This document shows, piece after piece, positions 1 to 23,600 of a stretch of DNA of 64,000 nt; positions within the stretch are counted from its first letter, which is position 1, and each line of letters begins with the position of its first letter. Source of the stretch: Macrostomum lignano (lineage: Eukaryota); assembly GCA_002269645.1 (NCBI GenBank), contig NIVC01001164.1, forward strand, positions 283,279-347,278, read 5' to 3'. The notes under the pieces were generated by a model. It saw only the letters and a program-made list of their open reading frames with translations, had not been told where the DNA came from and did not search any database. A program made the position numbers and the translations under genes.

Positions 1-218
1 GTTTAACATTAAAGAGCCATCATGTCAAACATTAAAGAGCCACTTTGTTTAACATTAAAGAGCCACCATGTCAAACATAAAAGAGCCACCATTTCGAACA
101 TTAAAGAGCCACCATTTCGAACAGTAAAGAGCCACCATGTCAACATAAAAGAGCCACCATGTCAACATAAAAGAGCCACCATGTCAAACATTAAAGAGCC
201 ACCATGTCAAACATAAAA
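1..218. repeat. Minisatellite, 22-23 bp (AAAGAGCCACCATGTCAAACATT)
   Basis: Tandem copies read directly. Confidence 0.9.
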
Positions 219-304
219 GATACACAATTTCAAACGTAAAAGTAAGCGAATTTTAAAGGAGCCACTATAATGCTAAGGAAATTGTCGCACTAGCTACTTA
301 TTGT

Positions 305-1460
305 CTGGTGGATGCTTGCTATTTGGGGATGCTATCTATCTGGGGGATGCTTGCTCTCTGGAAGATGCTTGCCATCTGGGGGAAGCTTGCTATCTTGGGG
401 ATGCTTGCTATCTGGGGGATCTTTGCTATCTGGGGGGGCTTGCTATCTGGGGGGTGCTTGCTACCTTGGGGATGCTTGCTATCTGGGGGATGCTTGCTAT
501 TTGGGGGATCTTTGCTATCTGGGGGTGCTTGCTATCTGGGGGGTGCTTGCTACCTTGGGGATGCTTGCTATCTGGGGGATGCTTGCTATTTGGGGGATGC
601 TATCTACCTGGGGGATGCTTGCTATCTGGGGGATGCTTGCTATTTGGGGGATGCTATCTACCTGGGGGATGCTTGCTATTTGGGGGATGCTATCTATCTG
701 GGGGATGCTTACTATCTGGGGTGCTATCTATTTGGGGGATGCTTGCTATCTGGGGATGCTTGCTATCTGGGGTGCTATCTATTTGGGGGATGCTTGCTAT
801 CTGGGGGATGCTTGCTATCTGGGGTGCTATCTATTTGGGGGATGCTTGCTATCTGGGGATGCTTGCTATCTGGGGGATGCTTGCTATCTGGGAGATGCTT
901 GCTATCTGGGGGATGCTTGCTATCTGGGGGATGCTTGCTATCTGGGGGATGCTTGCAATCTGGGGGATGCTTGCTGTCTTGGGGATGCTTGCTATTTGGG
1001 GGATGCTTACTATCTGGGGTGCTATCTATTTGGGGGATGCTTGCTATCTGGGGGATGCTTGCTATCTGGGGATGCTTGCTATCTGGGAGATGCTTGCTAT
1101 CTGGGGGATGCTTGCTATCTGGGGGATGCTTGCTATCTGGGGGATGCTTGCTATCTGGGGTGCTATCTATTTGGGGGATGCTTGCTCTCTGGGAGATGCT
1201 TGCTATCTGGGGGATGCTTGCTATCTGGGGGATGCTTGCTATCTGGGGATGCTTGCAATCTGGGGGATGCTTGCTGTCTTGGGGATGCTTGCTATTTGGG
1301 GATGCTTACTATCTGGGGTGCTATCTATTTGGGGATGCTTGCTATCTGGGGGATGCTTGCTATCTGGGGGATGCTTGCTATCTGGGAGATGCTTGCTATC
1401 TGGGGGATGCTTGCTATCTGGGGGATGCTTGCAATCTGGGGGATGCTTGCTGTCTTGGGA
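305..1460. repeat. Minisatellite, about 18-19 bp (GGGGGATGCTTGCTATCT)
   Basis: Tandem copies; source of the 383-439 aa spurious ORFs. Confidence 0.95.
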
Positions 1461-1600
1461 TGATTTCTTTTTGCATTGCACTTCATTTAAGTATTTTGTC
1501 TGTTTTCTTTGTGAATGCTTTATTTGGCTATATTTTTGTTACTTGTAGAGAGCAGAGATTCTATACAGATGTCCCCCAACGGGGGGCGAAGATTGCTAGT

Positions 1601-2280
1601 TTAGATCTAATCCTCGGTATCTTTTAGATCTAATCCTCGGTATCTTGTAGATCTAATCCTTGGTATCTTATAGATCTAATCCTCGGTATCTTGTAGATCT
1701 AATCCTCGGTATCTTGTAGATCTAATCCTCGGTATCTTGTAGATCTAATCCTCGGTATCTTATAGATCTAATTCTCGGTATCTTTTAGATCTAATCCTCG
1801 GTATCTTGTAGATCTAATCCTCGGTATCTTGTAGATCTAATCCTCGGTATCTTGTAGATCTAATTGTCGGTATCTTGTAGATCTAATTCTCGGTATCTTT
1901 TAGATTTAATCCTCGGTATCTTATAGATCTAATCCTCGGTATCTTGTAGATCTAATCCTCGGTATCTTGTAGATCTAATTCTCGGTATCTTTTAGATCTA
2001 ATCCTCGGTATCTTGTAGATCTAATCCTCGGTATCTTTTAGATCTAATCCTCGGTATCTTTTAGATCTAATCCTCGGTATCTTTTAGATCTAATCCTCGG
2101 TATCTTATAGATCTAATCCTCGGTATCTTTTAGATCTAATCCTTGGTATCTTATAGATCTAATCCTCGGTATCTTTTAGATCTAATCCTTGGTATCTTAT
2201 AGATCTAATCCTCGGTATCTTTTAGATCTAATCCTCGGTATCTTGTAGATCTAATCCTCGGTATCTTTTAGATCTAATCT
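1601..2280. repeat. Minisatellite, 23 bp (TAGATCTAATCCTCGGTATCTTN) in the CREBL2 intron
   Basis: About 30 copies, beginning about 17 nt from the donor. Confidence 0.95.
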
Positions 2281-2297
2281 TACACACAGCAGCTCAC

Positions 2298-2510
2298 CCT
2301 GTCCAGCTGCAGGTACAGCACCTCGATGGCCCTCTCCTCCCGTCGAGCGGTTCTCTCCAGCGTCTGGTAGCGCAGCTTTTTTCTCTTGCGGCACTCCCTG
2401 GCCGATTGCTTGCTCTTCTCCTGCACCGCCGACTGCTCGCTGCCGCTGCTGCTGCTGTCCCGACTTCTGGCTCGCTCTGCCGACTGCAGACGCCCTGTTG
2501 AAGACGCCAT
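2298..2510 (-). CDS. CREBL2: CREBL2/REPTOR-BP-like bZIP protein, first coding exon; downstream exon(s) not identified, probably left of the window
   Basis: KSKQSARECRKRKKLRYQTLE..RAI matches the CREBL2 basic region (RSRQSARECRARKKLRYQYLE). Phase-0 donor AGG|gtgagc at 2298/2297. Confidence 0.8.
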
Positions 2511-3007
2511 CGCTCTGTCGAGCTCACCGGATGCCTCGCGGTGTGTCTCTCAGTTTCTGAAATTCCGAATGAAATTCTATATTTATCGTTTCATTTCTGT
2601 CAATTCGTGTGGCGCAACTGAGAGCGGACAGACTACGGTGCTGCGGGAGTGCTGAATTCTCTGAATTGAGGCTCGAATAATAGGAAGAGAGGGAGTGGGG
2701 GAGGTAAAGGTTGCGTGGGTCCTGCCTCGGGGTGGCGTCGGCGGCGGCTTCGGCCCGAAGCAAAGGACTCTCTCTTCTTTTTTTTCATTTTTACTTCGCA
2801 GTTTGGACCCTCAAGCATTGGGACAAGTGCGCAATGGAATCCAGCACGGGCCCCGTGCTTGCACACTTTATTATTGCTTAGCTATCCATTTTTCGAGCTT
2901 AACTTTTAACCGCTGGATGATTCTTTTTGCGGTTCCGCCGGGTCGATGAATTAACTGTTTTTTATTAGTTAATTCCCGCGTTCACAGGGAAGCGGAGTTA
3001 AGGGAGC

Positions 3008-3515
3008 AGACAATGGTACTCGTAGATTGTGTCTTTGGATTTGGAGTCAGACAATGGTAGATTGTGTCTTTGGATTTGGAGTCAGACAATGGTAGATTGT
3101 GTCTTTGGTTTTTGTTTTGAGTCAGACAATATAGATTGTGTCCATGGTTTTGGAGGCAGGAAATGGTAGATTGTGTCCATGGTTTTGGAGGCAGGAAATG
3201 GTAGATTGTGTCCATGGTTTTGGAGGCAGGAAATGGTAGATTGTGTCCATGGTTTTGGAGGCAGGAAATGATAGATTGTGTCTATGGTTTTGGAGGCAGG
3301 AAATGCATGGTAGATTGTGTCTTTGGATTTGGAGTCAGACAATGGTAGATTGTGTCTATGGTTTTTGTTTTGAGTCAGACAATGGTAGATTGTGTCTATG
3401 GTTTTGGAGTCAGACAATGGTAGAATTGTGTCTATGGATTCGTAGTCAGACAATGGTAGAATTGTGTCTATGATTTTGGTTTGGAGTCAGATAATGATTG
3501 ATTTTTGTCTATGGT
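3008..3515. repeat. Minisatellite, about 35 bp, two subtypes (..AATGGTAGATTGTGTC..)
   Basis: Tandem copies. Confidence 0.9.
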
Positions 3516-3968
3516 TTTGGCGTACAGCGTTGGACAATGGGTCCATTGAGAGAGGCAGACCCAACCACAGAATATACTGTATATTCTGTGGACCCAACTA
3601 TTGATAGTGAATAACTAAAGAAAATGCACTTACCGATTTTTAATCCTTTATAAAGTATATTTATTTATTAGTCTGTCCGTAACTCAGGTGCGTTCTGGAG
3701 CAGCAATTTCTGAATCATAGATGGAGCCTTGTCTATTTGGGACCCTCGCCATTGCTTCAATTTCGGGTTTCTTCATCGAGAAGAAGCAGAAATTTTCTTT
3801 AAAAATAAGAAAAATAGGCGGCCAATCGGGTTGGAGTTCGAGGGAGGCGGGTTGCGCTTTTAATTCGTTCGATTCGGCTCCTTAGAAAGCTGCAATGTAA
3901 TGCAACTGAATAAACTCCATTTAGAAACAAAAATTTGCACTTAATAAATGGCTGAGATGATAGACAGA

Positions 3969-4188
3969 AGTGGCAGTTTGTGTCCACCAGCTGCTGCTAG
4001 ACAGGTGTGTGTCTGCTGCTAGACAGGTGTGTCTGCTGCTAGACAGGTGTGTCTGCTGCTAGACAGGTGTGTGTCTGCTGCTAGACAGGTGTGTCTGCTG
4101 CTAGACAGGTGTGTCTGCTGCTAGACATATGTGTCTGCTGCTAGACAGATGTGTCTGCTGCTAGACAGATGTGTCTGCTGCTAGACAG
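3969..4188. repeat. Minisatellite, 20-22 bp (CTGCTGCTAGACAGGTGTGT)
   Basis: Tandem copies. Confidence 0.9.
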
Positions 4189-4654
4189 TTAAGTTTACCT
4201 GTTAGACAGAATTAAAGCTAACAGTTTAATAATCAAACTCGAAGGTTAAAGTAAAATTTTTCGAACAATTAACATAAATAATCCTTTAACTTAAAGCTGG
4301 CGTGCATCTGTACACAAAAGCTTAGGGTGTGCTTGAACTTGGTGCATCCTTCGGATTGTCCCCAATACGCGACAAGCTACTAGTAAAAATGAAATTGGCT
4401 CAGTTCTAGCTTTAACCGAACGGCGTGCCTCTCTCAGTGAATTTTGCATTTTCTTGCTTTTATATACTTATTACTTTACATGCAACCTCCGGTGCTGCAT
4501 CGGGACCAGCCAAGGCAGAGTGACGCATAGGTGCTGTTCAAGTGCGCCACAAGTTATTCTACCCCCTTTATGCTCGCAGTTCCTTGGCTTCTCTTCTCTG
4601 ATTCTGCTTCTTCTCTGCAGGCGCCCGTGACTCCAAGGTACAATTGGGTCAGGA

Positions 4655-4960
4655 GGGTCATTGACTATTGGGGTCATAGGATCATTGACGATTGGGGTCA
4701 TAGGGTCATTGACTATTGGGGTCATAGGGTCATTGACTATTGGGGTCATAGGGTCATTGACTATTGGGGTCATAGGGTCATTGATGATTGGGGTCATAGG
4801 GTCATTGACTATTGGGGTCAGAGGGTCATTGACTATTGGGGTCAGAGGGTCATTGACTATTGGGGTCATAGGGTCATTGACTATTGCAGGGTCATATGGT
4901 CATTGACTATTGGGGTCATAGGGTCATAGACTATTGGGGTCATAGGGTCATAGACTATTG
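4655..4960. repeat. Minisatellite, 24 bp (TCATTGACTATTGGGGTCATAGGG)
   Basis: Tandem copies. Confidence 0.9.
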
Positions 4961-6338
4961 TGGGAATGGGTCGCTGACTATTGAGGTCATGGTTCACTAT
5001 TGGGGTTGTGTGTAACTGGCTATTAGGGTCATTGGTCGCCGACTTTCATGAGTCTTCGAGCAGATGCTAACAAAACCATGGTTGGAAGAATTAGGAAGTA
5101 TGATTATCATAAATCTTTTTTAATTTTAATATTGTCAAGCATTTATTTCCTGCTTAATCTTGCCCATAGATATCTTCATGACAACCTGTGATCATATTGA
5201 GGTCTCCAAGGTGAGAAAATCTTTAATGCAAAAAAATGATTAATAAATTAACGACATTATCAATAATATCAATAGTATAGGATTTCTAATCGAAGAAATA
5301 AAAGGCACATCTCTAAGTGAACAGGTACGGTATATTGGCAATGCACAGGTTGAGATGAAAATAATAAAAAATCTACTATGTGCGGCGATGGGCAAGGTGG
5401 ATCCACGATGAGGACTTCTGAGGCAGTGCGACATCGAGGTTTAAAAAATCAGAGCTCACAGTTAATAGTGCCCACAAAATTGCGGGATCCATTAGAATTA
5501 AAACTAAAGTTTCTTAGATAATTTTTATGACTTATTCACTGCGCAGCGACCATAGAGGCTCCCCCGCATTAACAGAGACAATAATTTTCCAAAAACTGTA
5601 AAGTATTAAAGAAAAGCTTTTAACAATCCTGGATTCCAACCAATTTGACAAGCATGATTGGCTAGGCAAAATATGCAAATTGTTAGTAGAATAGTTGATT
5701 TAAAACGCTCAATTTAGTACTTCAATAGCTATACATACACACTTAAAGAAGAAAAATCAATTACGTAGTTTAACAGTGTTCTGGGTTAGTTTCCTGCTAG
5801 TGGCTGTGTTTCGCTTAGACTAATATGGATTGATGTCCTGGGGTTGCAAAGTGGGAGAGAGGGCTGGGTAAGGTCAGTCACAGCCAATCAATGGATGCCA
5901 CACAGAGCCGCGGGGGTGAGTCACGGCGTTTCAGTCTGGGGAGGGGGCTAGGAAAATCGGGGTTTGGGTCACGTCATAGAAGTCGTAAAACGGCTAGGTA
6001 AGGCGTGAGGAGTGAGGTGGGCTGTAAGCAGGCCTGTCTTTGGAAAGACAAGGAATTGTCGCCTAATATGGTTGTACATGTAGATGCATTTAGCCATTTG
6101 GTAAGAAGTCGTAAAACGGACTGAGGAGTGAGGAGTGAGGTTGGGCTGTCCTTTGCCTGCGCCTGGCTTTGGAAAGATAAGAATCGGGTGTAGGGCTGCG
6201 TTAGTCATTAGTGAAAATCGTAAGACGGTTGGGAATGAGCAGCAGAGATGGTCTATCCTAGCTAGAGTTTTATTTAGCGTACATGTAACAAAATTCGACT
6301 GAGAGTTATGCTTTCCTTAATTTAACCTATTAGAGGTG

Positions 6339-17047
<10,709 letters not shown>

Positions 17048-17613
17048 TTTGTTGCAACCTTAAGCGATTTAACTAATTAATTATCTGATCTCACATTCAT
17101 AAAATATTGCAAATCCTCCCTGTCTTAATTTTTGCCAGAATCGACGAGTGGATCTTTCGGACGAAAAGCTTTCTTATATACAAGTGAAATTAAAAAAATA
17201 GAAAAATAATTAGTAAAACAAATATGAGAGCTATTCACTTTCATTAAACACAGTCTAAAGCAATTTTTCATTTTTTCAGCTACCTTTTAATGGTTTTTAT
17301 TCTTAAATTAGACTTAAGGACGAAAAACCAGTATCAAATTATACTATAAAATGAAAATCTTTTAAAGCTTGCTAAGCTTAAAAAGCTCTTCGTATTATCA
17401 TCATGATGGACAAACGACTTGAGTGAAGAAACCAGTCTCGTGCCCGTATTAGGCTATCCTAAGCATCATATTGTTAGCTAATTAATTTCTCATGAGACTG
17501 TGGTATACTGTGTGCGCAACGCTACGGGCTGTAAACTTCGTTTGACTAATCTTTAGAGAAATTTCTGCATACAATACAAAGCAATATTTTTCCATTGTCT
17601 TTGACTTTGTACC
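17048..17613. promoter_or_regulatory. Probable bidirectional promoter / 5' UTR region between GLDC and TMEM115
   Basis: Only 566 bp separate the two divergent start codons. No specific elements were identified. Confidence 0.5.
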
Positions 17614-20600
17614 ATGTCGATCGCAGATAGCTTTGTTGCTGCTTACAAAAAATGCAGTCTTATCACCAAACTGATCGGCGGTTTTCTAATTCTTTTCTAC
17701 GCCCTTTCATTCTTCAAGGAATCAAAAAAGCTGCTTGCTATTACTCCAGGCTATTTTATGCCTCCAAACTACTATGTTTGGACATTGTTCACTTTCATAT
17801 TTTATGATGACCACTGGTATTGTGTAATCATTGATATTGTGACTCTCTTTTCTCGAATACATTACTTGAACCCCTGTGGGGCCAGAGAGAGCTAATGAAG
17901 TATCTACTTATTGTTACTGTAATGAGTGGTTTGATGTGCTTCTTCCTTTGCTATTTTCTTTATCTGTTTACCTATTCTTTGCAAATAATTTTCAATACCC
18001 ACATCCATGGAATGATTGCATATGCTGCAGCCATCACTGTTGCAGTCCGGCAAACTTTGCCAGATGATATCATTTTGTCTCTACCAATTGCTAATATTAA
18101 AAATCAACATCTATCTTTTATCTGTATGTTAATTGTTATTTGTATGACTTTATTACACTTGGTCAATTTTGTGTATTGCTTTCTATTTATTTCTGGAATT
18201 TTGGTATCTTGGACATATTTACGCTTTTACCAAAAGCATGGTAATGGCCATCATGGTGATCATTCTGATAGCTTTGAATTTGCAAGGTAAGCTATAATAT
18301 ATATACTAATTAATAAGCATAGCCAATATATAAACATTATCATAAAATAGTTTTTGTTTATAGCCTTTTATTTTAAAATATTTTAACAAAATATTTTATT
18401 TTTAATAGTTTAAATTAGCTCTTTTATTAGAAAATAAAGGTATATATTTTTAAAATATTGTATTTAAATTGCTTAATCATCCAGAGTATTAATACATTTT
18501 TTAGTAAAAATATTTTATATTTATTTCTACCTGGTATAAAATAGTTAGCATAGATATAACACTTGAGGACACTTGCATTGTCATAGCCTTCCAAAAATGA
18601 CACTAAGCTACACTAATCTCTATTGTTGCTAGCACGACACTGACATGCAACACTGCCCTACAACACTAGCCTAGACTGTCGCTGGCATGACATTGACATG
18701 TGACACTGCCCTACGACACTGGCCTAGACTGTTGCCAGCACAACATTGACATGTGACATTGCCCTATGACACTGACCTGGACTATTGCTGGCACAACACT
18801 GATATGCAACACTGCCCTAAGACACTAATCTGATACTTATCCAATACTCATCTGACATTTACCCGATACTTATCTAATACTCATCCAATACTCATCCGAT
18901 ATTGCCTGACATGCATCAATCTGACACTCATCTGACACTGCTCGACACTCATCCAACACTGCCCAACACTCATCCAATACTTATCTGACACTCATCAGAC
19001 ACTGCCCAACACTCATCTGACACTTATCTGACACTGCCAGACACTCATCCAACACTGCCCAACACTCATCCAACACTCATCCGATACTCATAGTCTTTGA
19101 AGGAAAAGTCAGCAACTAAAAGAAAGAATAAATTGGCTTATAATGATAAGGTCAGCAGTGAAAACACTGCCTACTAGATTGTCCATTTTAAGATCCAAAA
19201 CAGCAAGTGGCTTCAGTTAGCCAGACCCAATTTTCAAACAGTTCCTGATCCAAGGGGGCAGCAGGAATATTCCGTAGGATATGAAGTACAAGTTCGAATA
19301 GCCAAAGGTGGTAATTCAAAGGCAGCCCTGCATGAAGCCACAATCTTCAAGGGCCTATACTCCACTAAGGGACAATTGAAAGTTGTCTTAAAGTGCTACA
19401 GGCAATAGCCATTTGTACTGACCATCAACTTGGTGAGTAGGTGCACTTGTTACCCCTTTCTGCAGCAAGACCTTTTGAGTTTGCATGCCAAAATAGAGAA
19501 AAACATGCAGATGCATGATGAAAAGCATTGCACTAAACATAGTCTAACTACAAGCTACAAAGCTGAGGCAGAGAAGAAGACTGTAGAGATCTTGCAGTTG
19601 CAAGAACAAGCTGAGAAGTTGCGCTTGTCGGCAACTGCCGACAGACAAAGCGTAGAAAAGATACTAGACAAGTGTAAATGGAGCATCAAGATGCTCGAGA
19701 CTGATTGTTGCATCATAGAGGATGCATTTACTAATGCCGCACTGGCTATGACTTGAAATCTAAATGTTGTCAAAGATAGCAAAAAAGTCATGGCTGCAAT
19801 CTCCATCACTCAGTCATAGTCTGAAAATGATACCGCCAGATTGCATGGGGCTACAAAAAGCACTAGAAAGTGTAGCAGTTTTTAGCATTATCCTAAACAG
19901 CAATAGTGCTGCAAATGATATGTCATTGCTATAGAGCAGTGGTCTGTCCAAAGTCGGCGAGGATGCTTCAACCAAGGCTCAGGTCAGTTATGCTAACCTG
20001 AATGCAGATGTCAAAATTCTGGCCACTAGCCTTACCACGGCAAAAGGAGCTTTTTTGAGCACTTAAAGGGTGCATCTGCCAGTTCTAATGATAGTGACTC
20101 CTAGAAAACAAACAAGAATGGAAAGAAAGGCTGACAGAAGTCCAATACCACAGCATTGGACAAGGGTCTGCAAGTTCTCCTCTAGGCGTGTTTCATACCT
20201 AAGGAAATCGCCAAAACTTACTAAGGAAGAGCTACCAAAGATGGCGCCAACAGACTAGCTGCTGATGAATGTCAAAGAACAGCTATAGAATCTTATCTAG
20301 ATGCAATGGGGCTGAAAAGCATTTTTTTGCATAGAACTCTACATCTGTATAGTCACATGTTGGAAGCTGAAAGAAAGAAGATGAACATTGGCAATGACAA
20401 GGCAGGTGATGGCGGCAATAAGGCACTTGACGGCAGCAATAAGGCAGGTAATGGCAGCAATAAGGCATGTGACAAGGAAGATAATGCCAGTAACAAGGCC
20501 AACACAGAAACTTTCTAAAGTTTTCTAAAATGCAGTGACAGTGTGAGCCTCTTTATATCACCAGTTTGAAAAATGGAACTGGTTCTGAACTGGTTTGACG

Positions 20601-23600
20601 TTCTTCATATTGATGGTTCAAAAAACAGAATTAGTTCTGGAACATGGTTCTGGTTCTAGAATATGGTTCGAGAAATTTTCTTGAACCATTGTCATGTTTA
20701 CACTTTAACAGTAAAATATATTTGAAATTGTTAGTTTTTTATTATTATTATATAATTATTCCTCTTTTGTTATATCCAAGAGAAAACAAAGTCAAAAAAC
20801 GACAAAATTAAATTGTAAAGACTGTCAAACATAAAATGGGTTCGAAGCTCCTCATTTTACACTGGTTCTGGTTCTAGAACTCAAATTTATTCTGGTTCTA
20901 GAACCAATTGCCATGAAGAGGCTCTGTATTGAGTGACCTGAACATCTTTTTGTAAGATACTTAGTGATTAAATCCACAATTTGCTTAATAAACAGATTAA
21001 GCAACTTACTTCTTTGGATACAAAAATCATTTGCTACTTCTTGATTAGTTTTGCTACATGAGTTTCAGGCAGTATTGGATAAGTGTCAGATGAGTGTCGG
21101 GCAATGTTGGATGAGTGTCAGACGAGTGTTGGATGAGTGTCAGGCAGTGTCTGATGAGTGTCAGACAAGTGTCAGATGAATTTTGGATGAGTGTCAGGCA
21201 GTGTCGGATCATGTCGGATCAGTGTTAGGCAGTGTTAGACGAGTATTGGATGAGTGTCAGACAAGTGTCAGGCAGTGTCAGATGAGTGTCTGGCAGTATT
21301 AGACAAGTATTGGATAAGGGTCAGACAAGTGTCTGGCAGTGTCGGATGAGTATCAGATGAGTGTCCGGCAGTGTCAGATGAGTATCAGACAAGTGTTGGA
21401 TATGTGTTGGATGAGTGTCAGATGAGTATTGGATTAGTATCAGATGAGTGTCAGATGACTAGTGTCATCAGGTAGTGTCATTAGGCAGTGTCATTTTAGC
21501 CAAACTTGATAGTGCTAACCACTATCATATTTTAAGTGTCAGTCACGGTTGGTTCAGTGTCACTTTTTTCTTTTTCAGGTAGAGTGTCATTTTGTAGTGT
21601 TAGTGCAGACCCCTTTGCATTGTCAAATACCATCATTTTGGCCCAGTATATATGACAAATGAAGTAACTTATTTATTTTAAACTTGAAAGCTAATTAGTT
21701 AATAATAAAATATGAATAGGTTTTTCAGTAGCATTAGCAGGTTCAGCAGAAAGTTATAAAATATTAGGAAAGAAGATAATCAAAGCAATCAATGCTCTAT
21801 GCAAGCAATAAAATTCATTATTTTAATTCATTAATATAGTTCATAAGTTGTTAGATTTGCATGATCATCATTATAAACAAAGCAATTAACTTGGCATTTA
21901 GGTACATTTATAATGTTGTAACTTCTCTTTAGAATTATAGTTTTGTTTTTTTGTATCCTTGGTCATTGATATTGCCATTAATTTTAACTAGGTCACAAAA
22001 TTAATAATGCATGTTTGTTAATCCATTAGTTCAAAAAGCTTGATAGTAGTCCATTATTAATAATAAAAAATCTTAATTCTTTTTTATGCTTATTAATAAA
22101 TTAATGCTTATTAATTAACTAGCCTAATACTAATTTTTAATATATTAAAAACAGATCAATCAAATGGCACTTAATTTTTTTCTAGTGTCTAAATGCTTTT
22201 AATAATACATTAATAGCTTTTAAGTAAGATTGTCTTTTTTAATAATATTATTACCTAGGGTGAAATTGTATTAGATAGGCCTAGTTTTATAACAAGTATT
22301 GACTAAAGAAAAATTTGCAAAATTGCTTAACCTAAATTTAAACTTTAGATAGATTAGAAAAAACTGCAATAAAAAAGTTTATTAAAAGGCATTCTTTTAT
22401 TTTATGATACCCATAGCCCAATTGCTTACTTGCATCAATTTCATTATACAATACCTAATGGAAAATAAGAATTGAAACAGTTGTAGGCACATTGCAAAAA
22501 TCCTACTTCTAGCTTACTAGAGTACAATCCTTACATTCACTTTTATAAAATGCCTTAAATAGACAATTTGTTGATAATGTATCATAAAACAAAAGTGAAG
22601 GGGTATGGAAGCAAAAATGAGGGAGAATAGTAAAAGAGGAAAATGGACTTTTACTCACTTATTGGACTTAACTATTCTGTCCTTTCTTTTATAATTGTAA
22701 TGACTCAGGAGTCAGGCAGTGTTTGTGGCGTGCGAGAAAAAGCCTTAACCCTCCAAGTAGGGTGAGACGATATTTATATTTGGAAGCAATCTGATTGTAA
22801 CGTGCACAATTGAGCCGGGTGCCTTACGTACATAAGTTGAGTAGCGACATGTACGTGCTAATACAATGTACAAGCTAGTACTGGCCAGAGTGGCATTACA
22901 TTCCTCCTCGAGTGGATTAAAAGAAACGGTGAAAACACAAAGGGAACCATAAAAAGTGACTAACAGTTCATGCATGTGCAGTCCATTTGAGAGACAGTCA
23001 ATCAATCAAGTCAATCAGCTTCTGCGTAGGTCGGGCTCTTTGTAGTTCCTCTCCGGGTCCTTTGCTTGCCGGGGATGTGGCCAGGCAGCGATCGGCTCCG
23101 TGGGCTCAGGGGGCCAGGCGGCTGGAGCAGCTGCCCTTTGGACTGCTTAGGCTGCTCGGACAGCCGCTTGACCTGCGTAGCGTGCCTGCGGCAGATGACC
23201 TCGTCGCGCTGCATGAGCAGGGAGTTGCCCTGGACCTCGGCCACGGTCCATGGCACTGGCTCATAGAAGGCGTCGGTCTTCTGCCAGGATTGCAGACGCC
23301 TCAGGACGCGGTTGCTCGGACAGATGGCATGGTCTGCTGCCCTGGAGCATTGGTCGGCGAGCCGCTTCATCTCCTCTTTGGCCTGGTGGTCGCGGTCGGC
23401 GATGGCTGTTCTTGTCGCGTCGATGGGTTGCGAGTGTTGGAGGCTCGGGATCACGTCGTTGATTTGCCTGCCAAATAGCAGACTAGCCAGTGCGACGCCT
23501 GTGGCGCAGTGTGGAGTGCGCCTGTACGCTGCCAGGCATTCGTCCAAGGCCAGCATCCAGTCCCGACCTTCGAGGACCGCCGCGCGAATAGCCTTGTTCA

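Larger units (their letters stand above)
18527..21600. mobile_element. Foldback-like element with inverted, internally repetitive arms
   Basis: GACACTCATCC-type array on + (about 18594-19092) and its reverse complement GGATGAGTGTC (about 21065-21500). Matching outer motifs CTACCTG/CAGGTAG and AAAATGACACT/AGTGTCATTTT. No clear TSD. Confidence 0.45.

Noticed and set aside
1541-1600. Candidate second exon for CREBL2 (QSSPPVGGHLYRISALYK*)
   Set aside because: It has no similarity to the expected CREBL2 continuation; the true exon probably lies outside the window.
301-1627. Long ORFs of 383-439 aa, and similar ORFs at 9949-11287, 13371-14393, 38512-39709, 40564-41480, 46621-47580, 55801-57394 and 61737-62819
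   Set aside because: They are translations of stop-free tandem repeats, open in several frames and on both strands, and mostly intronic. Only the non-repeat exon parts are credible.
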